Assembly: GCF_009914755.1 (NCBI RefSeq)
Contig: NC_060926.1
Length of the DNA stretch: 64,000 nt
Reading direction: 5' to 3' (one strand)
Source: the human T2T-CHM13v2.0 reference genome, Homo sapiens
In this document: piece by piece, positions 13,482 through 26,178 of the stretch
Numbering within the stretch: position 1 is the stretch's first letter
Layout: each line of letters opens with the position of its first letter
Notes under the pieces: model-generated
What the model saw: the letters and a program-made list of their open reading frames with translations, nothing else
Told to the model about the DNA's origin: nothing
Database searches by the model: none
Position numbers and translations under genes: made by a program

Positions 13482-14650
13482 ACTCTCATTTTTGTAGATG
13501 AGGAAACAGACACAGAGAAATTAAACTTAGCAGTGCAACCCAAAAGATCCGAGTTTCCTGCATGCAACATTATAGTCTAATGATTCCTATCTATCATCTT
13601 GTGACCAAGAGCACCCATTTGAGAACTGGCTTGTAGAGAAGTAGATCTGAAGAAACTGACTTGCTCACTTAGGATCAAATCTGATCCATATCCCAGAGCA
13701 TCAACTATACTCTAACCAGCTGAGTTAGCCACATACGGCTGGAGCTGGCAGTTCCCTGCCCTCCCTGACTTGATGCACCTGTGGCAGTGCATGCCTATAC
13801 CATCCTAGAGTAAGCACATGAGACTTCCCACCAACATTCGTTGTCTGTCAGTTACCTCATAGGTTTAAACTGGCCATATCAGCAACTTTTGGTCAACATT
13901 TAGCATCTAAGTATAAACAAGGTAAGCATATACTGGATAGGATGGTACATTTAGTCACTCCATTTCTGAGAGTCTCCGGACCCATTTATTCTACCTACCA
14001 CTGCTTTGTCCCTTGATGGGACCAATACTGCCAATGGGATTAGAGGTGGGTGAGCGTCAGGGCTACCTGACCATCACACCAGATTGCTTTGTTTCCTTAA
14101 AACCAGCAGTCGTCCAGTGCCGATAGAAAACAGAGCAATAAAACAAGTCAAATGACTGACTCCACTTACCCACATCCTTTTTCTCCCTCTTTGTCCACTT
14201 GACCCTTTTGGCATAAATGTCTCATGATGAGATGGGTTATAACTCCAAACCCACAGAGATGGTAATGTGAGTTATAAATTCCTCCCAGAACTGTGCCTGA
14301 GAGGGCGGCTTCCTGAAATGGGAATGAACAGCCATCTCACTGTTGTATATGCTCGGATTAAAACAATGCAGGAATGCCATTGTCATCTAGTGGGATTTTT
14401 TTGCCTTGACATATGCTAATTACCGAACCAATATGATGAGCAAAATAAAGCACCAATTCTCCTTTATAAAAATAAAAGTAACATCCAGCCAATTCTGTTA
14501 ACCATAGAAACTGGAGCAGGAAGAACATAGGCAATTGCAATTTACAGATAATTCCAAAGATTTTCACTAGCAAGTGACAGCAAATGAGCTCATTTTCAGA
14601 GGCTTTAAGGCCAATTCTAATGTAATAAACAGATAGGAATTGTGTGAATG

Positions 14651-14652
<2 letters not shown>

Positions 14653-14686
<34 letters not shown>
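14653..14686. repeat. (CA)n microsatellite
   Basis: Seen directly. Confidence 0.95.
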
Positions 14687-14688
<2 letters not shown>

Positions 14689-15099
14689 CCAGCCTGACTT
14701 AGGAGGAACCAATGGAAAGCAGCCCAGATATCCATTCAGGCTTGATACGCTGCCACCAAGCCCTTACACTTCATGTTCATAAACTCACTGCTCATTCAAG
14801 ACCTTTGGGCTTAATGCAAATTAATCAAACTGCCATGCAGCTCATTTGACTATTATCGAGGTTTTAAAATAATTGAGAGTGAAGGCAACTGATTAAACCC
14901 TTTCCAAGCTACTGTGGCAGTTTATGAATTATATAAGTTCCATATTAATGTGACTCCTCTGTGACTGCAGATTAGCTAGGGGATATTCATTAAGATGGAA
15001 TAAAAAGGCAAGAGTAGCTGTAACAGCCTTTTGTTTCTTATTCCCTGACAGCTTTCCAGGGACCTCAATATGAAAGCATAAAAATAATATACTTTAATT

Positions 15100-15320
15100 T
15101 CTATAGCATTTTACAAATAGGATAATATATGTTTTTTATCCCATTTGATCTCCCCACTAATCCGGTGAGCTTGGCAAGGCTGGTGTTGCTCTCTTTGTCT
15201 TACGGGAAAAGAAACTAAAGGCTCAAGTAAGTTAAGTGCCTCACAGATAATAAGGGAGAGGATGTAGTCAAATACCCAGGCCTGCTGACTCCCAATCCAG
15301 TGTCTTTCCCACACGCCATG
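15100..15320 (-). mobile_element. MIR SINE
   Basis: gaaactaaaggctcaagtaagttaagtgcc...ctgactcccaatccagtg. Confidence 0.65.
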
Positions 15321-16805
15321 GTTTCTCTCCTTAAGAACCATGTTTCTCCCAAAACAGTTCCTTCATTCTTCCATCTTAGATGTCTAAAATTTCCAAAGAA
15401 AAAGCTTCATTACTTTGGCTTAAAGCAAAAGTTCCTGTATTAAAACAGAAGTATTTTCCCCAAGAGATAGAAGAAAAATATTTTCGCTGTACTCTCTTCT
15501 TACAACTCCATTAAAACCCATTAAAATGTTTTGCCCATTATACTGGTTTGGTACTTAGCATATTTCAATGCAAAACGTACATACAAAAAAGATCAAGAAA
15601 AAGACACCATTTTCAAAGAAGTAAAGAAACAAGCACAAGCCCAAAACATAAACTATGAAGCACACCTACCCAAAACTGTCAGATCTGAGGCTAGTTGAGG
15701 GAAGATGGTGAGAGCTAGACTTCATAGAATATGCAGATTTTCCCAAAAGCCAGAATCACTAGGGAAGAAATGACATCAACCTCCCATAAACGCTTCCAGA
15801 GATTTTTCAAAATAATGAGTACTTCGTAACTCATTTTATAAGGTCAGCATAATGTTGATATCAAAACCTGATAAGGGACATTACATGAAAATTATTTACT
15901 AAACTTACTCATGAATCCTAAACATAATGCTAGAATTCAAAAACCCACAACAAAATATGATCAAAAAGAATTTAACAATATATGAGAAACACAATACATT
16001 ATGACTAGTTAATTCCAGAAATGCAAGGGTAGTTTAACATTTGAAACTAAAATGATTTATTGTAGTTACATAAAAAGAAAAAAATATTTTTTAAACAGGT
16101 GCAGAAAAAAGTTGTTAAAATTTAACACTTATTCATAACAAAATCTCAGCAAACTAGGAAGAAAGGTGAACTTCATAATATGATACACGCTATCTACAAT
16201 AAGCCAATAATGCCTATCATGTTTAATGATCAAATGCTGAAACCTTTCCCTGTGAAACTGAGAATGAAACAAGATTGGAACTTATTAACTACTGTGCTAG
16301 ACTAATATAATAAGCCCATTAGGTTTACATTGTACTGGATTAATCTAGTAAGTCCAGCCTAATAAGGCAAGAAAAAAGATTAGAAAGAAGAAAAACTACC
16401 ATTATTTGCAGGAGACATAATTGTGTATATAGACATTCAAAATAAACTATAGATAAATTATTAGATTAATACATGGGCTTAGCAATTATGCTGGAAAAGT
16501 GGTCAACGTACGAAAAAATTATATTTCTACATGCTAGGAACAAATAATTAGAAAATTTTAAATGTTTTAATTATACTATTTATAATGACATTGAAAAATC
16601 AAATGCCTAGGAAATAAATCTGACAGAATTACATGCATGATCTCTACAGAGAAAACTCTAAAACATTATTGAGAGAAACTAAATAAAACTGAAATAAGTT
16701 GAAATACTATGTTCCTGAATTAGAAGTTTCAATATTATAAATGTGTCAAATTCTCCCCAAAGTGATCTATAGATTCAATTCCAATCAAAATCTCAACAAG
16801 ACTTA

Positions 16806-16839
<34 letters not shown>

Positions 16840-16985
16840 CTGACAAACTGTTTCTAAAACTGATACAGCAGTGTAAAGTACCAAGAATACCCACAACAAA
16901 TCCAGACAAGAGCAAAAAAGAAATATTTACTTTTGAAGACGTCAAGACTTATAATAAAGCGACAGAATTACATCAGCATGGTACT

Positions 16986-17538
16986 CAGGCATGTTTATAG
17001 CAGCACAAATTCCAACTGGAAAAATACGGACCCCGCCCAATGCCCATCAATCAAGTGTATAAATATATATAGGTGTGTGTGTATATATACACACACACAC
17101 ACACACCATGGAATACTACTCAGCCATTAAAAGGAACAAAATAATGGCATTCACATCAACCTAGATGGAATTAGAGACCATTATGCTAAGTGAAGTAACT
17201 CAGGAATGGAAAACCAGACATCATATGTTACCTGTAAGTGTGAGCTAAGCTGTGAGGGCGCAAAGGCATAAGAATGATATGATGGACTTTGGGGACTCAA
17301 GGGAAAGGGTGGGAGCAGGGTGAGGGATAAAAGACTACATATTGGGTGCAGTGTTTACTGCTCAAGTGATAGGTGCACCAAAATCTCAGAAATCACCACT
17401 AAAGAACTTATCCATGTAACCAAATACCACCTGTTCCCGAAAACCTATTGGAAAAAAAAAAAAAAGAATGTGCAAAGAAAAAAAACTATTTGGAGGAAGC
17501 ACAACTGGCATGATAAAAAGTTAAAAATAAACTAAAAA
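16986..17538 (+). mobile_element. L1PB/L1MA-type 3' end with extra 3' sequence
   Basis: 3' UTR ...aaaatctcagaaatcaccactaaagaacttatccatgtaacc, poly(A) 17452-17465; 16-bp TSD 16970-16985 / 17539-17554. Confidence 0.8.
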
Positions 17539-18203
17539 ACATCAGTGTGGTACTGGTGCAAGAAAATACAGTTAAAAAGAATGGAATAGAAATTTCAGAA
17601 ACAGACCCATGCAGTATGGACACTTGATTCATGACACATGTGGCACTGAAAGCATGGGAAAAGATAGTCTTGTCAATAGGTATTGCTGATCAATTAGACA
17701 GCCATATTTAAAGACATAAAAATCTGATTCCTACCTCACACCATATGAAATACTTAATTCCACACAGATTGCATATCTACATATGAAATATAAATGATTA
17801 ATCTTCTAAAAGATAATAAGGAGTAGAATATTTTTATGCCCTTGGCATAGATTTCTGAAAAGGACACAAAATCTACTAACATAAAGGAAAAGGTGATAAA
17901 TTAGGCTAATTTAAAAATAAAAACTTGCATTCATCAAAAGATACTATTAGGAGTATGAAAAGACAGCCAAAGAATGGGAGATTTTTATAATATAAATAAC
18001 TAGAAGGGACACATATCTAGACAATATGAAAACTCCTACCAATAAATAAGAAAAAGACAGACAAGCTTATACAGAAATAGGAAAGACATTTGAATAGGCA
18101 CTTCACATAAATGAGTATCCAAATGACCAATCAACATGAAAATGTGGCCAGATTCATTAAAGAAAATGCATATTACAACTACAATAAGCTACCACTGGTA
18201 TAA

Positions 18204-18506
18204 CTTTTTTTTTTTTTTTTGAGACAGAGTCTCCGTTTGTCACCCAGGCTGGAGTGAAACGGCATGATCTCAGCTCAGCTCACTGCAACCTCCGCCGCTC
18301 AGGTTCAAGAGATTCTTCTGCCTCAGCCTCCTAAGTAGCTGGAATTACAGGCGCACGCTGCCACACCCGGCTAATTTTTGTATTTTTAGTAGAGATGGAG
18401 TTTCACCATATTGGCCAGGCTGGTCTCGAACTCCTGACCTCGTGATCCACACTCCCTTGGCCTCCCAAAGTGCTGGGATTGCAGGCATGAGCCACCACGC
18501 CTAGCC
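18204..18506 (-). mobile_element. AluS (Sg/Sc-like)
   Basis: Full-length; TSD tggtataa (18196-18203 / 18507-18514). Confidence 0.92.
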
Positions 18507-18580
18507 TGGTATAATTTTTAACATGGTAGAATTAAAAAGCCAAACATAACCTACACAGAAGTGTAAACAAGAATGTAAAG

Positions 18581-18827
18581 CAATAGATGCAGGAGAAGCA
18601 TTTGGCAAAATTAAACTCCCATTTATGATTTTAAAAAAATTTCCACAAACTAGGAATAGAAGGGAACTTTCTCAATCTCATAAAGGGCATCTATGAAAAA
18701 TCCAACATCATATTTAATATTTAAAGACTAAGATCATTCCTATGAGATACAGAACAAGACAAGGATGTGTACTCTCACCACTTATATTTGACATTGTACT
18801 ATAGGTTCTAACCAAGGTAGTTAGGCA
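18581..18827 (+). mobile_element. L1 ORF2 RT-region fragment
   Basis: caatagatgcaggagaagcatttggcaaaatt...acaagacaaggatg...ctcaccac corresponds to the [11 protein letters not shown]...TRQGCPLSP region. Confidence 0.8.
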
Positions 18828-19186
18828 GACACATGTTTTCAATTATTTTGGGTATATTCTTAGGAGTGGAATTGCTGGATCATATGACAATGCTACAGGT
18901 AACCTTTTGAAGAAAACTGCCAAATTGCTTTCCAAAAAGGCTGAACCATTTTACATTTCTACCACAATATATGGGGGTTCTGATTTCTCCACGTTTTTGT
19001 CAACTTATAATAGTCTGTTCTTATTATTACAATAGTCTATTATTCTAGCCATCTTAGTGTGTGTAAAGTGGTAACTCATTATAATTTGATTTGCATTTCC
19101 CTAGTGACTAATGTTTATAACTTTTCATGTGTTTATTGGACATCTGCATATCTTGTTTAGAGGAATATCTATTCAAATCCTTTGCC
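18828..19186 (-). mobile_element. L1M ORF2 3' fragment (host of the ERV insertion, left part)
   Basis: taggagtggaattgctggatcatatg...tttgatttgcatttccctagtgactaatg...ctattcaaatcctttgcc. Confidence 0.85.
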
Positions 19187-19594
19187 TTTTTTTGCGGGAG
19201 ACCAGAGTTTTATTATTACTCAAATCAACCTCCCTAAGCATTCAGGGATCAGAGTTTTTAAGGATAATTTGATGGGTAGGGGAAGGCCAGTGAGTCAAAA
19301 GTGCTGATTGGTTGGGTTAAAGATGAAATCACGGGGAACTGAAGCTGTCATCTTGCACTGAGTCAGTTCCTGGATGAGGGCCACAAAATCTGACGAGCCA
19401 GTTTAATTGATCTGGGTGGTGCCAGCTGATCCATCAAGTGTAAATAAGGTCTGTAAAATATCTCAAGCACTGATCTGAGAAGCAGTTTTGGGAGGGTCAG
19501 AATCTCGTAGTCTTATGGCTAATTTGTTAGTCCTACTAAGGCAGTCTAGTCCACAGGCAAGAAGGAGGTTTGTTTTGGAAGGACTACTGTCGTC

Positions 19595-19881
19595 TTTTTT
19601 TGAGATGGAGCCTCGCTCTCTCACCCAGGCAGGAGCACGGTGTCACAATCTCAGCTCACTGCAGCTTCTGCCTTCTGGGTTCAAGCAATTCTCCTGCCTC
19701 AGCCCCCCGAGTAGCTGGATTACAGTCACCCACCGCAACGCTCGGCTAATTTTTGAATTTTTAGTAGAGACAGGGTTTCACTGTATCGGCCAGGCTGGTC
19801 TCAAACTCCTAACCTCAAATGATCGACACGCCTCTGTCTCCCAAAGTGCTGGGATTATAGGTGTGAGCCACCATGCCAAGC
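19595..19881 (-). mobile_element. AluS inserted in the LTR8 U3
   Basis: gagatggagcctcgctctctcacccagg...gtgagccaccatgccaagcc; LTR8 sequence resumes on both sides. Confidence 0.9.
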
Positions 19882-22034
19882 CCCTTGTCTTTGTTTTAAA
19901 CTATAATAAACTTAGAAACTAAGTTCCTCCCTAAATTAGTTCAGCCTATGCCCAGGAATGAACAAGGACAGTTTGGTGGTTAGAAGTAAGATGGAGTTGT
20001 TTAGGTCAGATCTCTTTCAGTGTCTCAGTTATAATTTTGCAATGGCGGTTTCAATCCCTCCTTTTGGGTTTTATAGCACCTTGATCTTAAGGTGTTGGCT
20101 AATGAAGATAGAAAAGGAGTGAAGACCACTAACTTCCTCCTGCTGATCAGGGGCATAGTAGCAGTAGGTGTTGACCCCAAGGTGAGAGGAGTGGAACCAC
20201 TTTGCAACCGTCTGAGTGTACTCACGCAGGCCTGGCTGAGGTTCCAAGTCTTGCATGGCAAAGGAATTAGTATTGTCATGTATAGTTTTAGTACTGCATT
20301 TAAGGGAACAGTGTATTATAAGGAAAATAATAAGTACTAGGGTAAGGAGTGAAATTCCCAGTTTTAAAAGTAAAGATTTGAAAGCATTAGTTTGGGGACT
20401 TGTAGCCCACAAAGAATTTAGAATTTAGTCCAAATTCCAAAAAATAAAAATAAAAAACCTCAAGAACAGCTAACAACAGTTATACTATAGCTATTCTTTT
20501 GAAGCATTATTTTTCTCTCTCCAGGCCCCATTTTTATTAAAAACAAATCATGATAGAACTGATTTGTTTACAAAATAAACTTTAGTCTTATTGTACTTGG
20601 CCTGCTTATTTACATAAAGCACAGCAAGAATAATTATTCTTCACATAGGCTTTTTAAATTGGCTTTGATGAAACTCTGTTCCATAATCAATCTCAGCCAA
20701 GACTTTTTTAAAGCCAAGCCCAGCCATGGGTTTGTACCCTCAAATACTATCAGTTGGGTAAATTCCTCTCCTCTTGAGGTCACAAGACAACTTGGGGCTC
20801 CTGGGCCTATTAGAAAGCGACGTTCCTTACTTACCACAGGTCAGGAACCTTCTACAGGGACTGTGTAGACAAGGTATGGGGCAAGATTTCCCAAGGGACT
20901 TCTATTGGCTCTACAAGTCAACCTTGATTCTTTAAGGAAAGCATGCCATTCCAGTCAAAGCCTTAGTAAGATAACCAGTTTCTCCAACTGTGTCTTGTTA
21001 CAGAAGAAAACAAATTCTTATTGCACTTATGCAAATAAGTATACTGCCATAAGTTGAGAATATTCACAAATAGTTTCCAAATTCTGGAGAGTTCTGGAGA
21101 AATCAGGTAGAGAGAAACAAATATGCTCCAAATTTTTTTCACAGGAGTATATTTTACTCAGTTGTTAAAAGCTATAAATAGCTCAAAAGAAAAGTTTTCC
21201 TGGCTCTGGAAAACAAAAAGGTTCAGCGAGGTTTTAACCATAGAAGTCAAAAAAATATTACTTTGGTTTTCTATTAGTTCAGTCCACTCAGTTAACTCCT
21301 GTTCTGCTTGATATGCATGAACACTTCAGGTTTCCATAAGAGTCCCAAAAGTTTTTTCTCTATTCTAATGTCATATTATCCAAAGTTATTAGAAATCTGC
21401 ATTCAAGAGCACCTGTCAAAGTCCTACAGCTGATTACAAACCACCTTTTGAAGAGAATCAAAAGAAGACAACAATTGTCTGTGTATGACAAAAAGTCTTA
21501 GGGCAACCACCATTAAAGCCACAATTGACTAGGAATTTTGGTTACTTCTGTGGCATACAACTTTACAAAACAATTATAACTATTAACAATATACACTAAG
21601 TCACGTGAGAATTATAGGCATTTCCCGTAATTTTGGAACACATGCCAATAACATATTTATACAAATATAGCCCAAAGAAAGCTACACTATTTCATATTTG
21701 ACAATGCTTCCTGTATGATTTTTATGCCAAATAAGCCAAATGTGTCATTTTTGGACTTTAGGGGATATAATATCTAAAAGATTAACTAGGTCAGAAAAAG
21801 ACATACTTTGTAATTTGATTTTGGAACATTTGTTAAATATCAAAAGCTGTAAAACACTGGATACCACAAAATAGAATCCCAGGTAACCATTAGTCACTCA
21901 TTTGGCCAAAATGATAACTCCAAAATTTTAAACAATGAAAACCTTTATTCTGATAGAGGACTTAACTTTCCAAACAACAAGACTCGATGAAGATAGCATG
22001 AGGCCAAATCAATCTGTCTCTTCTCTCTCCCCTC

Positions 22035-22039
<5 letters not shown>

Positions 22040-22079
<40 letters not shown>
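22040..22079. repeat. (TG)n microsatellite in the ERV internal region
   Basis: Seen directly. Confidence 0.95.
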
Positions 22080-22080
<1 letters not shown>

Positions 22081-25000
22081 ATGTGTTTTACTCAAAAGGC
22101 AAACAAAAATCTTTCATTGTCTCTCAATATTACACAAAAATTTTTCAGAAGAGGAAACAAAAGTTCATGCTTGCACTAGTGCGTCTTTAATGCTAAAACT
22201 AGTTTTTAAATAAAATTTTATAAATCTATCCAGTTTTAAATTAGTTTGATCATAAGGTAAGATTTTCATAAACTTTTTAGAATGCTTTACAATTTTCCAT
22301 TAAACAACAGATTAATTTTCTAAGCAAACCCTGTTATTCGGGCACTTGGGCCCAGATTCTGGACCTGCATCAGTGTGCTTTCATTTGAATGTTCGACCTA
22401 CAGGAAAAAAAAAAAACTAAATAAATCTCCTTCAAATCTTAGCCAACTTGCTCATATCCACAGAACTTTCTGTACAAGGTCAACCCCTCATGAACCCTTT
22501 ATTTTAACTTAAAACGGTCCTTTAACCCTCTAAACTAGGCACAAAAACACATTGTCTTCTTATAATCTTTTGCCAAAACACATTCTACTTTGCTTACACA
22601 CCTTGTATGTAAAACTGTTTCTCCAGTCGTCTCAATTATATATTACAATGTTAACTCTTAGCAACTTTTATTTTTGGAGAAAAACCTGGTAAGTATGCGA
22701 TTTTTAATTAAGTACTAGATATGAAGCCTAGGACATCAGAAGTGCAGATAAGGTCTTACTCTTCCTAGCATAGCTAGGGGGCATGGCTAACTCCATATAT
22801 TCCCAGACCTTATCTAGAATCTCATGCTCCAAAGTAGGTAAACTGAATGGCTTTCAAAAGTCAAAGTAGTTTATGACCTTAAACCATTTAGCAAATCTGA
22901 TATCTGACCTAAATTTAGGCCCAATATCTAAATTTTGAAGATAGTTTTATTTACCAATGATCATTAAAACTGTCTTTATTTCTGAAAGATTACTAAAGTC
23001 ATATGAACAAAAGGCATTAGTGTTTCTATTTTTCTGACAAAATATGATTTAAGTGCTTATTTTCCTAAGCCAATTAATCAGAGCACTTTTATATATAAAC
23101 ATCATGTACACAACACATATAAATACACAGACAGAAGATCCAGTAGTTGTAAGATTTTTCATTTGCCAGTTTCTTAATTGGATGACTGGTTTCAGAGTGG
23201 AGCCCTTGGAGGAACAGGGCCAGGAAAGCATGCAGTTTCTAGGACCTAATGAGGCAAAACTGGAAGGCTAACACAGATCCCCAAAATTAAGGGTACCATT
23301 TTATACTGGATCCTGGATCCCCAATAAGGAGGGAAATACTACTGGAGAAGATAGTGCTGCGCTTCCACTGTGCATTTCATTGCAAGGCAACCCGAAGTCA
23401 ATCAGCCCATTTTGTAATCAGCCCCATCCCCCATGCAAGTCTCATCTCTCAATGGGGATTGGGGATGTTTCCACACCTTCCAGATGGCCTAGAGCATGCT
23501 TCTCTGAACCAAGTGTGCAAAGAGCAGAGTATCCCTCCGTAACTGCCATTAGCCATCCCTTAAAGTATATTTCTTATCTAGTTATTACACACCAAGACTA
23601 AAAGCTCTCCCATAATGCAAAGCAATTTTGATACCCCCAAAAGTCAAAACCATCACAATGCAAAATAGAACAGAGTCTTAGATTTTGAGAGAGATCTATT
23701 TTCTTTCCATTCCTGGGGTTCCATGAGGAAAACAGAGGTTTTCCCAGAATGGGGTCTGTGGTGCCTCCTCTGTTTTTCCCCAGGCGTCTCAGGCTGTTAG
23801 TAATTATCTTAGGTTCTCTCACGTGGGCATCAACAGTGGCAAGAAGACAAAAACGGAGAAAAACAGTTCAGTCGACCAAGAAGAAACACTTTTCAGAAAA
23901 ACATGATTCCAGAAGAAGAAAAAGATAGCCCTTTTAAATACATATAGTTTGGATATCTGTTTTTAATTGAGCTGATTTTAACCATAGAGTTCCTTTGTTT
24001 AAAAAAGAAATCTTTTTAAATTTTTTATTACCAAACTCTAGCCAGGACAGCCAATATTTCTGGCTTTTGAGTTCTATGACAGGTAACATCCCACACGAAT
24101 ATACTAAGTTTTAACTAAGGTTATAACTTAACCATGGACACATAAGGTGTCTCAAAGAGATGGTAAGCAGTGTTTTTTTTTTTTGTTTCTGTTTTTTGTT
24201 TTTAACAAGATTTAGAATCTCCCCAAGGGTAGTTCAGAGCAAGGAAAATTCAAGATAGGAAATCAGAAGTTCTCCATGGCTGGACAGGGGGATGGGTAGA
24301 ACTCTCAATAAATGGCAGTAACACAAATAACAAACCAGAAAGGAATCATTCAGAAGCCAAACATTGAACCTAGCCTGCCATTGTCAAAAGGCAAAGCCTT
24401 AGCTACTGAGCTACACAGCATTAAGCAGCTCCTATTGCTTTCCCCACAAGTCTAAAGCAGCCAATTTCAACCTTGCAAAGGCTTTCAACTGCTCAAAATA
24501 ATTTTTAGGACTATGACATGAACCCCAAAATTCCCGTCCTCTGGATGGCAGAAACCAAGAGAAAGTATCCCCACACAGTCACAAGGTTATGCTCTTAAGG
24601 ACACAAAACAAGACAGAGAAATTTCATCTAGTATTGATTTCAGGGACCTGTAGCAACATTTGTAAATGACCAGCCTTCCTGGCTGGCTTAAAAAGCAGGT
24701 TTATATGGGTCTTAAACCCATGTTTTATTCTGTGATATCCTTCTCTCCATTACATAACAACAAAGAAAGACAAATTATTAGCACAAAGTACACCAGATTT
24801 GCTACAGCCTAAGACTAGTCTCACAAATCCTTTTTTCTATTAATCAAACCCTTGAAGAAGAGACAAATAGTGACATTTACCATTTACACACACACATACT
24901 GACCAGAAATTTGGCTGGTAATCTTACCCTTTTTGCTGGCATACTGGGTTTCTGGGTTCCCTTTCTCTATACCTTCCAGAAGAAGAAAGTGGCTTTTGAT

Positions 25001-26178
25001 GACTCTGCTCATTTCTGTGGGGGTCAAGCCACTGTATAAAATAAAATCACCCTTTTATGTTTTATAGAACCATAGGCAAGAGATTCTCAAGTTTGCAAGA
25101 TGTTGCCCAACAGGTTGCATAGGGAACTGAATTAAGATTTTCCCATCTGAGCAAAATACACATAAAACAGATACTAGTCACCTTGTTCAGTACCCAGTAT
25201 CAACCTGGCAAAGCTCAAACTTTCTCCTTGTTGGTCTCTATTGTTTTTCATCCACTCCAGGTGGGGAGGGTCACCTATGAATAGCAATTCACAATGGGTG
25301 GTCTCTGGGCAAGGCAAAGAGTGGATAGTCACCCTGAGACAGGCTTCTCGAGCTTTCTTCAGGGCTCACTGAATGTGATCAGACAAATAAGGAGGGTTCT
25401 CTGAGTTAGGCCTGCTGGACTTCTGTCAGCAATTCCTTCTGAGATCTCCTCCACATCCACAAACACATAAAAGATGAGACAGACAGAAGGCCTTCCAAAT
25501 CAGATCCCTAACCAAGAACTCCAAGGTTATCCTTTCCAAACCATCTTCCTATTCTCCATCTGAGAAATCTCTCCAAAATCTTCCTGATTGAGAAGTCTCC
25601 CAAACCAAGACTCTTCCTACTAGTTAGGAAGAGGCAACCAAGACTCCCTAGGAGCCAAACTGAGACAGATACCCCATGGTGGAGCTACAGAAAGACACCC
25701 CACCATGGAGATACAGAACCAGGCAGGAGAAGAAAGGAGGTATTCACAGTGCCTAGGATACTCACCAACCCAGACACCCCACAATGGGGCTACAGACAGA
25801 CACATGTGACAGGGCTACAGTTATGGGACATCTCCCAGGACTATTTCTCTATTGCAATTAAATCCACACACATTGGGTCAACAGCGCCCCACAAGTAAAG
25901 AGACTACCAGAGTCGGCACCCAGTACAAGAGAACTAGGCAACTGCTTGGGCTGGCCTCTGGATCCATCGCCGGAAGGGGGCTACTGAACCAAGGGCAGCT
26001 AGCCACAAGGCCAACACCAAATAAGCCCACAAATTTGTAAACTCCCAATGGGTTCACCTTGCCCGCTGCCTAGACAGAGCCAATTTATCAAGACGGAGTA
26101 ATTGCAATAGAGAAAGTGTAATTCATGCAGAGCCAGCTGTGTGGGAGACCAGAGTTATCATTACTCAAATCACTCTCC

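Larger units (their letters stand above)
15720..18583 (+). mobile_element. Old, highly diverged L1 (L1M/L1ME-type) ORF2 remnant, interrupted
   Basis: Degenerate ORF2 landmarks, e.g. aactcattttataaggtcagcataatgttgatatcaaaacctg, ttatttgcaggagacataattg, ctacctcacaccatat. Confidence 0.8.
19187..26178 (-). mobile_element. LTR8/HUERS-P1-type (MER4 group) ERV in mRNA (processed) configuration
   Basis: Minus strand: R-U5 (26178-26036), decayed tRNA-Pro-like PBS (~26031-26014), non-coding internal region, PPT aaaaggagggat (20065-20054), U3-R (20053-19194), AATAAA (19214-19209), A7 tail. Confidence 0.85.

Noticed and set aside
20071-20412. Minus-strand ORF with a hydrophobic stretch just before the PPT (possible env TM remnant)
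   Set aside because: The position fits env, but I cannot see an immunosuppressive domain or CX6CC motif, so it is too decayed to call.
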